From: Antedon mediterranea
Lineage: Eukaryota > Animalia > Echinodermata
NCBI RefSeq assembly: GCF_964355755.1
Contig: NC_092675.1
Coordinates: 26,198,912-26,262,911, forward strand
Length of the DNA stretch: 64,000 nt
Direction of reading: 5' to 3'
Part shown: piece by piece, positions 1-12,400 of the stretch
Layout of the letters: each line of letters begins with the position of its first letter
Numbering within the stretch: position 1 is the first letter of the stretch
The notes under the pieces: model-generated
The model's database searches: none
Told to the model about the DNA's origin: nothing
Seen by the model: only the letters and a program-made list of their open reading frames with translations
Position numbers and translations under genes: made by a program

Positions 1-187
1 TTTTTTTTAATACACGAAGAAGCTGTAAGCCTGAATACTTATTTATTGTTTTTTTTAATTTAAGTATATTGTTATCAAATGGTATTTAAAATACAACAAA
101 AACGCTAATTTTCAGGATCTTATTAGATTGTTTTAGATTAGAACAAACGAAAACTTTTACTCTATCACTTTGTTTTTGGTTTTGTAG

Positions 188-3100
188 AATGCAATTTCAA
201 TAGACATGGTTGGAATTGTGAAAATCGCTGTACCTCACAAAACAATAAATATGCATGTAGATACTATCAGTTCTGCTTACCTGATCCATATGGATGCAGC
301 TGTGTTACCGGTTACAAAGGATTGAAATGCAATACAGGTAAGACAATTGCCTTTATAAAATAATGTAAACAAAACACAAATCCATTTTTGTTATAGGCCT
401 AGTTGCGATTTAAAAAAATAATATTGCCTATATCAATGTTATACTTCGTGCCGTTTTCAGTATACTGCAATTTAACATTCAACATGTTTTCATTTTTATA
501 GTTTTAAAAGTATTTATAAAGTTGTTTTTTAAAATCGATTCATTGATGATTTTACATTATTTTACAGGATGTTCATCGGATACATTTGGTGCAGACTGTG
601 CTCAAACTTGTCATTGTAAACAAGGTGACTGTGATCGATATACAGGAATATGCACTAACTCATCTTGTGCATTTCCATGGACGGGATCTAACTGTCAAAG
701 TAAGATTATGACAAATGTACTAACATATCCTAATTTAGACGGTAAAAGAATACTATTTTAATTTGAAAAAAACATTGAGATGTGTTAAATAAATTTGAAA
801 TCTTGACCCATATTTAATATATGTTTTTTCTCGGAGCATAACGCTGATGCATATAGGGATATTTGGTAATACAGCATCGGCTGACATGAAACGAAATTTG
901 TTACATTTGTATTTTGTAGAATGTCAATCTGGATTTTACGGAGAAAACTGTGATATTGAATGTCCATGTGAATGTTACAGATTGACTGGTAAATGTATAG
1001 AAGGCACGTGTGATTCTAATTGGCTTGAACCTGATTGTGAAGTTGGTAAGTCAAGTATTAAATGATTTCTTTGGTTAAATTAACCAAATAAAGTAATTTG
1101 TATTCAACCTTGTATTAGTTAGAATGATATATAAATTCAAATGAAGAAATATTGAGTTATATAAAGTTTATTCAGATGATGTGGTGACATGTTGTTGCGT
1201 ATTTGGTTACAATCTTTTTATTCCCTTATCTATTGGTCAAATGTAACTGTTTTGTATTTGTTAAGTGAGTAATAAAGAAAAAACCAAGTAGTGAGCTAAG
1301 AATAATAACATGTTGAATAAAGCATAAAAGTTTCATTTGTGTATGTATATAATAATAAAACTGATGTTCTCCGGAGGATTGTTGAAGTGTATCAACCGAA
1401 AATACTAGGTATAAGAACAGCAATTCTAAAATCTAGTATATTAATTTGAATAATAATTGCATGTTTATTCCACAGGAATCCTTAATACCACATTTACATC
1501 TGTAAATAATGGGCAACGGACAACTACATCCTGTTCGGTTTATCAGAATGATGCATACGATGTTCAAGCAATGATTATAGTGACAAATAATGACGTAACT
1601 GAGAACATTACAACAGTGATAGATACAAATAGAGATGGTCAGAATATAACACGTGCATTTTCTGTGATAGCTGATGCTGATTCGACATATACATGTGTAA
1701 TTTCACGAAAGGGTTACTCTGTTGAAAGTGACATCACAACAGAAATATTTCGTAAGTATATACATTATATAATATTCTTTATTATGTATAATTGAAATTG
1801 CTTGTATTTTGGTAATATATGATTATTTTTATATTAAGGATTACCTTTATATAATGGAAGTTTGACCATACTAAGCATTACAAGCTCCTCTATCACTATT
1901 GAATGGACAGCATGGAATAACAATACTGATGATGGAGATGGTCCAGTTGTTGGATACTTTTTATACCACACACAGATAAATATGACTAATTGGAAGAAGA
2001 CATTATACGAGAATTCTTTATCAGGCACTGTTAATGGGTTGCTATGGGATACAGAATACATTTTTAGTGTTTCAGCTGTTAGACCTGGTGAAGGAGGTGA
2101 AGGACCAGTTGGAAAAGGAACAGTCACAGCAAAAACGATTTGCGGAAGTAGGTCATAATGTTGATTACTTACCGTCTATCTAAATACCTTCAATTAGATC
2201 TAATCCAGCAGCAATTAATGATTACACTATACTGTAATATTATTCATTAAAACGATCAAACGATGTATATTTTACGTCTAAAATGCTGATTCGTTTCAGA
2301 TGGAAATACATGCAATTATGGAAGCATAATTGCTGGAACTTTGATAGCAGGCGTATTTATTGGTGTCTTATGCACTGTTATAGTAGCACAGGGGTAAGTT
2401 ATTAAAATATTATGTTATACTTCTTTATGTCGGAACTTATTTAAAAACTAACTAAAGTTATCTTGCACACAGGTTTATGATATTTTTCTAAGGTTATTCA
2501 TGAATATACCAATCAGCTAGTTACTTAGTTTAATGTGTTTTAGCTTCTTTTCCTTTTTTTCATTTTAAATCAGAATTAATGTATGTCTCTACTGCTTTAA
2601 TTGCGATCGACAGAGTCTTGTAATTAGTGGTTGGTTGGCATACTTATTGGCGGATTATTGTTTTATTCTTCTTATTTGGGTATTGTCGATGGGCTGTCAA
2701 GGTCTTCACTAAAATGGCATTAAACAAAAATGAATTAACTGTATTACTTTGTGCTTGTTTAAAGCAAACAAAGATGGCGGAAGAATATGAGTAAGTCTGA
2801 CGATGATTCCTCGAATGCTCAATATGTGTACATGAATAATGCAAGTAACGGTTCTTCTTCAAGGTAGTATACATTTCTATATTAATCTACTATTACAAAA
2901 TCCAAACATAAACATGCTTTACTTCTTATTGTTACATATAACATAATGAATAAGTCTACTTGTCAATCTGAAATGCTTCTTTAGTAATTTGTGTACATTA
3001 AAACTGTAGACTGTAGAAAAAATATAATGTTAATTTAAAGTTATTGATGAAATTAACTTATTCTCTTATTTTTTTTAATGTTTTTTGTGCTATTCATTGC

Positions 3101-3667
3101 TATATAATCTGTATAAGCTGTACTTTTTTATAATGATGATAATAGCTACTACACCAATATTTTTCAATAGTTATCTATCACTGTATTTAATTAGTTTTGT
3201 GATGGCACCGTAATTGTTTTGTGGTTCGTTGAAAATTATAAGAATTCATACTAATATAATGTTCTGATTTCTTTTGTTTATTTATTTATTTATTTATTTA
3301 ATTTAAAAATAAGCAAACCATCAGTTAAGATTGTGAGTAAATATGATGAGAACGAGACAAATGAGCTACACGTTTACCAGGAATATGCAAATGAGGGTAA
3401 CAATGCAGAATATTCAACCTGGTAAGTATAACATAATAATCTATTTTATTACATTTAATTAATCTGATATGTATATTGCTAGGCTGTGAGAAATGTTTTT
3501 AAATACACAAGGACATTTTACATTAATTTAGTTTCTAATTTGTTTAGTATTATTCTATGATAGTGTGTGTCAAATGTATATATTTTGCCTTTCATTTCAT
3601 TTTCAGCGATTTCCACCCAAATCAAGAAGGTGTTGCATTACCTGAGGAATCTGCTTATGTAAATTAG
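188..3667 (+). CDS. G1: kinase-less TIE-like receptor, 5'-partial (EGF2-EGF3-EGF4-Ig3-FN3-TM-Tyr tail)
   Basis: Exons 188-337, 568-699, 920-1045, 1476-1751, 1839-2147, TM 2300-2393, tail 2765-2863, 3314-3421, 3607-3667. All are AG/GT flanked and in frame. TIE signature peptides FCLPDPYGCSC, GDGPV and RPGEGGEG are present. TM reads IIAGTLIAGVFIGVLCTVIV. The protein ends ...EESAYVN*. Confidence 0.88.
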
Positions 3668-3931
3668 TTTATTATAGGATATCCCGAAAACAGAAAAAAA
3701 CCAATACGGTGTAAATCAAAATCGACATCATAAATGTCTGTCCTTGCAAATTCGACTTTTATTTGTTCGGGATCACTTGATAATTTGTCAAAATGCATTA
3801 CGTCACTTTCAAATCTTTTTCATTTGTAATGAATTATAAGATATATACAGCTTTGGAGGTTTCGATAAACAAATATATTTTTTAGTATTGTGATTATTTC
3901 ATTTGTGTATGAACAATTTTATATATATATA

Positions 3932-4262
3932 TATTTTTTATTCAGTATATTACACAGAGGCGCCTCACAAGGTGTAACAACCTTAGCTTTAAGGCGACTC
4001 AGATTAACAAATACAACATTTTAAAACAAAAAAAAAACTAACAGAAACATCAATCAAATCTTTCAGAATTAACAAGAAATTGTACATAATAAAATAATAA
4101 AGCATTTTCACAATTCGAAAGAAGATCGGAACCAGAAATAAAAATTTCACTTAAAAATTTAAATAAGATATCCTCAATAATTGAGTTAGCGCTTACACGT
4201 AGAATATCTCTTTGTGTATTATAATTAGGGCAGTTTAACGTAAGAAATGATATATATATTCT
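3932..4262 (-). mobile_element. 5'-truncated non-LTR retrotransposon 3' end (C-terminal Cys/His motif of ORF2 plus 3' UTR)
   Basis: The minus strand reads, across small frameshifts, HFL/LNCPNYNTQRDIL...IFISGSDLLSNCENAFII...VQFLVNSERF*, typical of LINE ORF2 C-termini, followed by AATAAA and an AT tail. The segment is absent from the paralogous 3' flank of G3 (near 24490). Confidence 0.6.
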
Positions 4263-6016
4263 TTTCTAGCCTTACTTATTACTAATAACCTCGGAAATTC
4301 AAGTTAGTGTTTTATCAATATATTATATTGTGTACAGTATTATAACAATTAAATATATTCCTGTAATTGTTATATGCATTATATTATGTATAGGCCTATT
4401 ATTATTATTATTATTAATATTAATATTAATTGTTAATGGGAAATTATTTCCGATTCATTTGAGTCTACTGTAGATTTACGATAAATACAAATTATTACAT
4501 TATATTTACAATTATATACGAACGAAACATGTATAACTGCTCACAACCACTGAAAACATAATACATGGTATTGCCATTAAGAAGTTAGTCTTAGAGAGAT
4601 ATTAATTGAATATTGGTTTGGTAATAATAAAAGATGGAAAATAATGTTGAATAAAATCAAACTTTGAAAAGGACATTTGGTAGTTTAAAGTTACAAAGAA
4701 AAACAAAATGGACATGGTTGTTCGTTTTCCGATACAATTTTGTGTCAAAGTAAAAAAAACGATTACTTGAAATGGCATATTCAACAAAATAATTGTTACA
4801 GCAATTATGTTTCCAGAGCTATATAGTGTATCTATTATTTTATATCATATAATGTATAGTAGGGTATATAATTAGAATATTTTGCAACTATACTCGTTTT
4901 TATTGCAATTGGACTACTTTTAGCAACATACATCAGGTGCTATTTATAGTTCATGCAAGAATAATCTTGGTTAATGAATACTAATCCAAAGTAGAGTCAA
5001 TGGTATATTGTGTTTATGTCTTCTCAGCATGTACGCTAGATGGCAGTACATTTCATTTGAATGCTCTATCCTATAGCATTGCTTTAATTCAATATTGGAA
5101 ATTATATTCGTAAATAAAGTTAATCAATAAATAAAACAAACCTGTAGCTTTTTATATTAAGCATTGAGTAATAATAACGTTACTTTCTATTATTACTCTA
5201 ATATTACTCTATTCTTACTCTATTATTAATGGAAATCGTATGTTACCGAGTCATTACTATCGTCGTTCCTGGCTTGGTCTACCACCACATTAAAGCTAGC
5301 TATATAAAATGAACCTTTCTTTTCATTAACATTTATTATAAAGAAAGTGCGAATGGGCTCGTCGGGTTGATTTAGAATGAAATAATTATGAATGTCTGAT
5401 CTTCCGACCTAAGAAATAGTACTTTTTTTTTTTTTCTCTTTTGTGGCGCAAACACCACTTTTATTCACATTCATATTATCTCATATTACATAAAATCAGT
5501 ACAGTACAGTATTATTTAACTTGTAAATGTCGTTACAGTTCATAAGTAACATTTTTACATATCCTTTCCGTTGGTAGTCAACAGGATTTAAAATCCGTCA
5601 AAACTATGTCAAGGGATCCAGGAAGTACATCCAAATGTCCCCGCATGCGCACTATAGATTACACTATTTCTTAGGAGTTCGTCGCAAAGCTCCGTAGTGT
5701 TATGTTTGTTATTACAAAATGTATTATATTAATGAACAATTAACCGAACTTGATTTTGATCAGTATCATCCATGCATGGAGAAAAACCTCTACGTGATCA
5801 ATGTAGTTACGATAACAATTTGTGCAGTGTTTGTGAATAGAGTGTGGGAAAATAAAATAAACAAAGTAACAAAAGACTATAGATTTTTTAATTCAAAATA
5901 TATTTGACAAAGAAGAATTTTGGTTAAATGGCATCGTTATACCGTACAACACGTTCTTACCAAACAACAACAAGTTGGTCGATTGTACCATTGTTCTCGT
6001 CGTAATATTTTACAGA

Positions 6017-6083
6017 ACTTCCTTGTTCCATTTTGTTGAAACATCGTTAATGAACGGATGTATTTGCTTCGTGAAATGTAAGT
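6017..6083 (+). promoter_or_regulatory. Putative G2 promoter and first non-coding exon: ETS-type core followed by a splice donor
   Basis: ACTTCCT at 6017-6023 and GTAAGT at 6078. The same arrangement recurs upstream of G3-G6. The ATG exon begins 6 nt after an AG acceptor, which implies an upstream UTR exon. Confidence 0.5.
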
Positions 6084-6411
6084 ACATATTGTTAATTTAT
6101 GTAGGCACGGCATGCCACACTGTAGAAGATATGTAATTCAGTAGGCCTGATTATTCGAATGGTGTTAATTAACATTATTAACTCCTAAGTGCTGCTATAG
6201 AATGATATTCAGCATGAAATAAACGTTTAATGAAATTTTAAAAAATCGTATTTGTAGTCTGGCCGCTTTTGGGTATAAGGTGGTTAACATGTATTATGGT
6301 AGAACGTCTGCACGAACATAGTACTCATATATACAAAGCTAATTTTTTATGAAGAATGACTCATAGACCTACATTATTAATGTATCTATACATTTTTTTT
6401 TAAAGAAAAAT

Positions 6412-9400
6412 ATGATTGTTACCGTAGTTGTAATTTTACTTCAAGGAGCTGTTTCATGTCTGGGTAATATTTGAATTAATATTTGTAATGAAGATGAGAA
6501 TTAAAATCTATTATTTATTTAATTCCTAAATAATGTAATTTTCTTGCAATAATAATAATAATATAATAAGGGATAAGGGAAAATAACATTTAAGGGAAAT
6601 ACTTATTTATTGTGTTAAGTGAAATATCTCACTTAAGTGTGATTGGTGAATAGGCCTACGGCCACTGATTTCATCAATAACGTTGGTGAACGATAAAAAC
6701 AACAACTAGTACTTTCCTTATAGAAATCAACAAACTATAAATTTTGTATCATAATCAAACAAGATTTCATTCAATCAGTTTCGTACAAATTGTTTTCCAG
6801 TTCATAAATCACACAATTTACCAATAGTTCATAATGAGAACAACACTATGTCACTTCTGCAATTTGTTTTGTTTTCGATAAATAATACGTTTTACATATA
6901 TTTCTTTTCAGGAAATGATGGATATATTACTGTTATGAATATATTTCCAAAACACGACAATGATTACCAATACCAATGTTACATTCCTACTGGCTATACT
7001 GGTTATAGTCTGAGTTACGGTAGATCATTTGCAGTAGCCAATGATGACAGTTTAGATGAAACATCGTGGGACGTGCCGCGTGGTGATCGTCGATATGTAG
7101 CACCTAATGTTGGCATGGGAGTGTATTATTGCAAGATAGTCAACAATGGTGTCACTACAGTCGTTCAAACTACAAAAATAAGAGATGATGGTAAGGTAAT
7201 TTATGATCATTTAGTCTTTGTTTGATATTTGTTATTATTGAAAAACGAAAAATGTACTTGGTACGTTTTGATTTACTTTTCTATTTTGTTCTATTGTAGT
7301 GTTATTGGCTTTGTTACGCGCTTTGTATGTTTGTATTTTCGATTAGTTTCTGAGAGTGCTTGGCTGATTTTTTTTAATTGTAAATATAATTGTAATCTCT
7401 AATCACTGAAAACACGTACTTTTTACCAATAAGGCTATTTGATTTGTTTGTATTGTGAGGTGGTATTGTTGTGATATTTAGAACTATTAGAACCTATATG
7501 GACAGCGTAAGCCCAACACTAGACTTTGTATTTGTTTTTTATTTATCTATTTTTGTATATCGATCTCAGAGTAAACATACTTTCTATGTATATTGTATAT
7601 GCCAATGACAATAAATGGAAATAATTTTCCACTGATAAATGAATTATATATTAAAATACCTTGTAGTTTTATCCTGCTTTATTAGTCTAACTTTGTTCTT
7701 TTTTTCAAAACAGCCCTAACATCAGTAAATTATAAAGACACAGCAACTGTGAATATTGGAGATGACGTCACAATTAGGTTTAATACTAATTTAAACAGTA
7801 GTATATAAAAGATGGTTCCACCCCATTTAAAATGAAAACGGAAACGAGCATGATCTTAAACAATTTAATATATTTTTGTAATTATTTTTTTTCAAATGAA
7901 ATATAATGTCTTGTTTTCGGAACAGCCTTAATAACGCCTGGAAATTCTAAAAACACAATCACTGTAAATGTTGGTGATGACGTCACAATTCGATTTGATA
8001 CGGAATTGACCAGTGATTTAGTGTGGAGGAAAGATGGCTCTACTCCATTAAAGATTGGAACGGAAAAGAGCATAACCTTCGACCCAGTAGAGACCAGTGA
8101 TGCTGGGGTATACGAGATGTATGAGGATGGTAACCGGGAAGATCGCAGGCACGCGTTTATCAAGTTGATTGTACGAGGTAAAATAATAACAAACCAAAAT
8201 AAATGTATGATTAAGTGTATTGGATTATTATTACGTTAGAAATGGTTTACAGTAATCATTGGAATGAATAAAAATTAAAACAAATAACTGTTCGTATATT
8301 TTAAAATGTCAGTAGTATACTACCTATCTGAAAAAAAATATGTTTAGAAGGTAGGCCTAATAGGTATTACATTTTTGTTTCAACTTTCTGACCACATAGC
8401 TTTGTAATCATCAATTACATTTAAAGTAACACGTTTATTTAACAAAATGATTAAGCCTATCCTCAATAAATTTGATAATATAAAACATATTGCAACCCCT
8501 CCGGCATAAAACAGTACTACATACTTACAGTACTATACCGTTCAACTTTGGGTTTTCTTGTTTTAATTACCTCCGCCAAGGAGATTATAGTTTCACTCCT
8601 GTATGTGTGTGTGTGGGTGGGTGGGTGGGTATGGGTGTGTGGGTGTGTGCGTGTGTCTGTGAACAGCCTGGAGGCCACAGTTTTCATTCTCCCCAAATTT
8701 GGCCACAATGATCTATGCCCCAAAAGCTCGGACGAGTTCGACTTTGAGAGGAAAAGGTCATAGGTCAAGGTCACAAAAACATATTTTACTGCCTAGAGAC
8801 CACAGTTTTTGAGTTTTTATCCGATTCTCACAAAACTTAGCCACAATGATCAATGACTCATCATATAATTGTGGTTAAATTTTGATGGGTCAGGGTCAAA
8901 GATCCACCAAAAAAAAAAAATAAAAAAATAATAAAAAAAAAAAAACAAAACAAAAACCTCAGCGGGAATTGAACCAACGATCTCAACTGTGAGAGGCTGG
9001 ACACATAACCATTACACCAAAGTCTCATCCACAACTTTTTCGTGTGCAGTTAGCCTATTTAGGCCTACACTTAGAACTAATAAAAAAAAAATTTAACATA
9101 TATATATATTTTCCGGAGGCATTTATGTAGTGAAATTGTACAGTAGACGGAGGTTTGTACTCTCAGAGTACCCTCTAGTTATAAAGTAACTATTTGATAT
9201 CATTTCTTTAGAGTGTCCACGTCACAAATGGGGTCCACCTGACTGCACTGGTGACTGTGAATACTGCTATAATGGAGGTGTGTGCGATGACAAAACAGGA
9301 TTCTGTATCTGTGCACCTGGATTTATGGGAACCACATGTGAAACTGGTAATTAAGGAATACTATTTTACAAAAATAATTATTACATTCAAGATTCAATTC

Positions 9401-12400
9401 ACTTTTTCTAGAAATCATAACTGGAATGATAAATATTCTAAATATATTCATTGTTCTGCTCAGTGGAGCATTTTCAGTGGACATACAGTACAGTACCAAG
9501 ATATTTATAATTGTTAAAGATTTCAATTACTGTACAATTTACAAGTGGTTCAGGGTACATTTTCAGTGAAAAATTGATAAAAAAAAAAGGTTTTTTATAA
9601 TAATTAACAAATAATTTTGTTAACTAAAACATATAGGCTATAGGCCTACATCTACTAAAAAAGAAGGTTTAAAATAATACAAAATGTTTTAAAAAGATAT
9701 TTAAAGACCGGGGGAATCTCAATAGTGTTGTATAATGACATAAGACTACAAAACTCATAGTTTCCTGTGAACTAGAGTTGAGATCCTAGCAACTTGCGTT
9801 ATTTTCACTTAGAATGCGGCTACAATAAACATGGTTGGAATTGTGAAAATCGTTGTTCCTCGCTGAACCGTAACAATGCATGTATAAACTATCAGTACTG
9901 TTTACCTGATTCATATGGATGCAGCTGTGTTACTGGTTACAAAGGATTGAAATGCAATACAGGTAGATAAACAATGCTTCACGAAACATTTATTAGTTTT
10001 GCTTTTTGTTATTTAGAATGCAATGGCAATAGGCATGGTTGGAATTGTGAAAATCGCTGTACCTCAAAGAACCGTAACTATGCATGTAGATACATTCAGT
10101 TCTGCTTACCTGATCCATATGGATGTAGCTGTGTTACCGGTTACAAAGGATTGAAATGTGATACAGGTAACAAGACAATTCTTATAAAATAATGTAAACA
10201 TTACACAAATCCCCTTTTATTATATGTATAGTTGGGATTAAAACAAATATTGGCCTATATCAATGTCGTACCCATTGCCGTTGTCATTACACTGCAGATT
10301 AAACATTCAAATTATGACATTTTTATAGTTTTAAAAGATGTTTTTTTTAAATTGTTTTTTTTTCATTAATTAATTAATTGATTTTAAATTTAGTGAGAAT
10401 CAATATCATAATGCCTTTAATGAAAATGCAGCAGTCTTAAAATTACGTGACATGTTTCGAGAAATCTATTCTTTTCATCAGAACTCTACCTACTTCAGTT
10501 TAAATGCGGAATCTGCAGAACGATGAAGCATTCAGCATTCGCGAGGGCCTTATACCGTTCTGAATCCTGCAGATGTTGACAAATATGAGAAGCCCCGTAC
10601 CTGAGATGCTCACGCATCCGCATTGATAACCGTCTATTTGTTTCACCAATATACATGAAATGACATCTCATACATTTACATTTATAAACAACACGGCAGC
10701 GGAACATCTCAGGGACAGGGTCTTTTAAACTAAACTAAACTTAAACAACATTTTATATGATTTGAATGCCAATTATTATATAATTTTAAATTATTTAAAA
10801 CAGAATGTTCATCGGATACATTTGGTTCAGACTGTGCTCAAACTTGTCATTGTAAACAAGGTGATTGTGATCGGTATACAGGAATATGCACTAACTCATC
10901 TTGTGCATTTCCATGGATGGGATCTAACTGTCAAAGTAAGATTATGACAAATGTACTAACATATCCTAATTTAGATGGTAAAAGAATACTAGGTTAATTT
11001 GAAAAAAAAATTGAGATGTGTTAAATAAATTTGAAATCTTGACCCATATTAAATATATGGCCTTTCTCGGAGCCTAACGCTGATGCATTTACCCGATTCT
11101 AAGTATCATATGGATATTTGGGAATACAACATCGGCTGACATGAAACGAACTTTGTTACATTTGTATTTTGTAGAATGTCAATCTGGATTTGACGGAGAA
11201 AACTGTGAAATTGAATGTCCATGTGAATGTTACATGACTGGTAGATGCATAGAAGGCACATGTAATACTAATTGGCTTGAACCTGACTGTGAAAATAGTA
11301 AGTCAAGTATTAAATGATTGGTTTGGTTAAATTAACCAAATAAAGTAATTTTTATTTTACCTTTTATTAGTTAGATTTGATGTACAAAATCGAATAATGA
11401 TAAAATTATAATATTTTGTTATAAAGGTTATGTTTGTTCGGGTGATGTGGTGGATGATGTTGTTGCGTAATTGGTTGCAATCTTACTCCCTGGTTCCATA
11501 TTATTTACATTTAACTTAACTATTTTGTATTTGTTAAGCGAGCGCTTAAATAATAGTAACACAGGAATAACGAAGCAGTAAGCTTAAGAATACAACAATT
11601 TGATAGTAATGCATAACAAGTTCATTTGTGTATGAATATAGTGTATATTTTAGAACGAATTTTGAAGTACATCAATTTATAAACTTGTGTTGAAAACATC
11701 AGTTCTAATATCTGATATATTAATTTTAATAATTATTGCATGTTTCCACAGGAATCATCAACACCACATTTACACCTGCAAATAATGGGCAACACACAAC
11801 TACATCTTGTTCGGTTTATCAGACAGGTATATACGATGTTCAAACAATGATTGCAGTGACAAATAATGACGTAACTGAGAACATTACAACAGTGGTAGAG
11901 ACCAATAGAGATGGTCAGAATATAACACATACATTTGCTGTGATAGCTGATGCTGATTCGATATACAAATGTGTAATTTTACGAAAAGGTTATTTTGTTG
12001 AAAGTGATATCACCACAGAAATATTTCGTAAGTATATAAATCATATAACATTCTTTATTATGTATAATTGAAATTACTTAGGCCTATATCTTGTTAATAT
12101 AGACATATATTTTTATATTAAGGATTACCATTATATAATGGACGTTTGACCATACTAAGTATTTCAAGCTCCTCTATCACCATTGAATGGACAGCATGGG
12201 ACAACAATACTGACGATAGAGATGGTCCAGTTGTTGGATACTTTTTATACCACAAACTGAACAATACTGACGAATGGAATAAAGGGCTATATCAGGATTC
12301 TTTATCAGGCACTGTTAATGGGTTGATGTGGGATAAAGAATGCACTTTTGGTGTTTCAGCTGTGAGACCTGGTGAAGGGGGTGAAGGACCAATTGGAGAA

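Noticed and set aside
8955-9024. Functional tRNA-Glu gene
   Set aside because: The acceptor and anticodon stems pair poorly and the sequence sits inside a repeat element, so it is treated as tRNA-derived.
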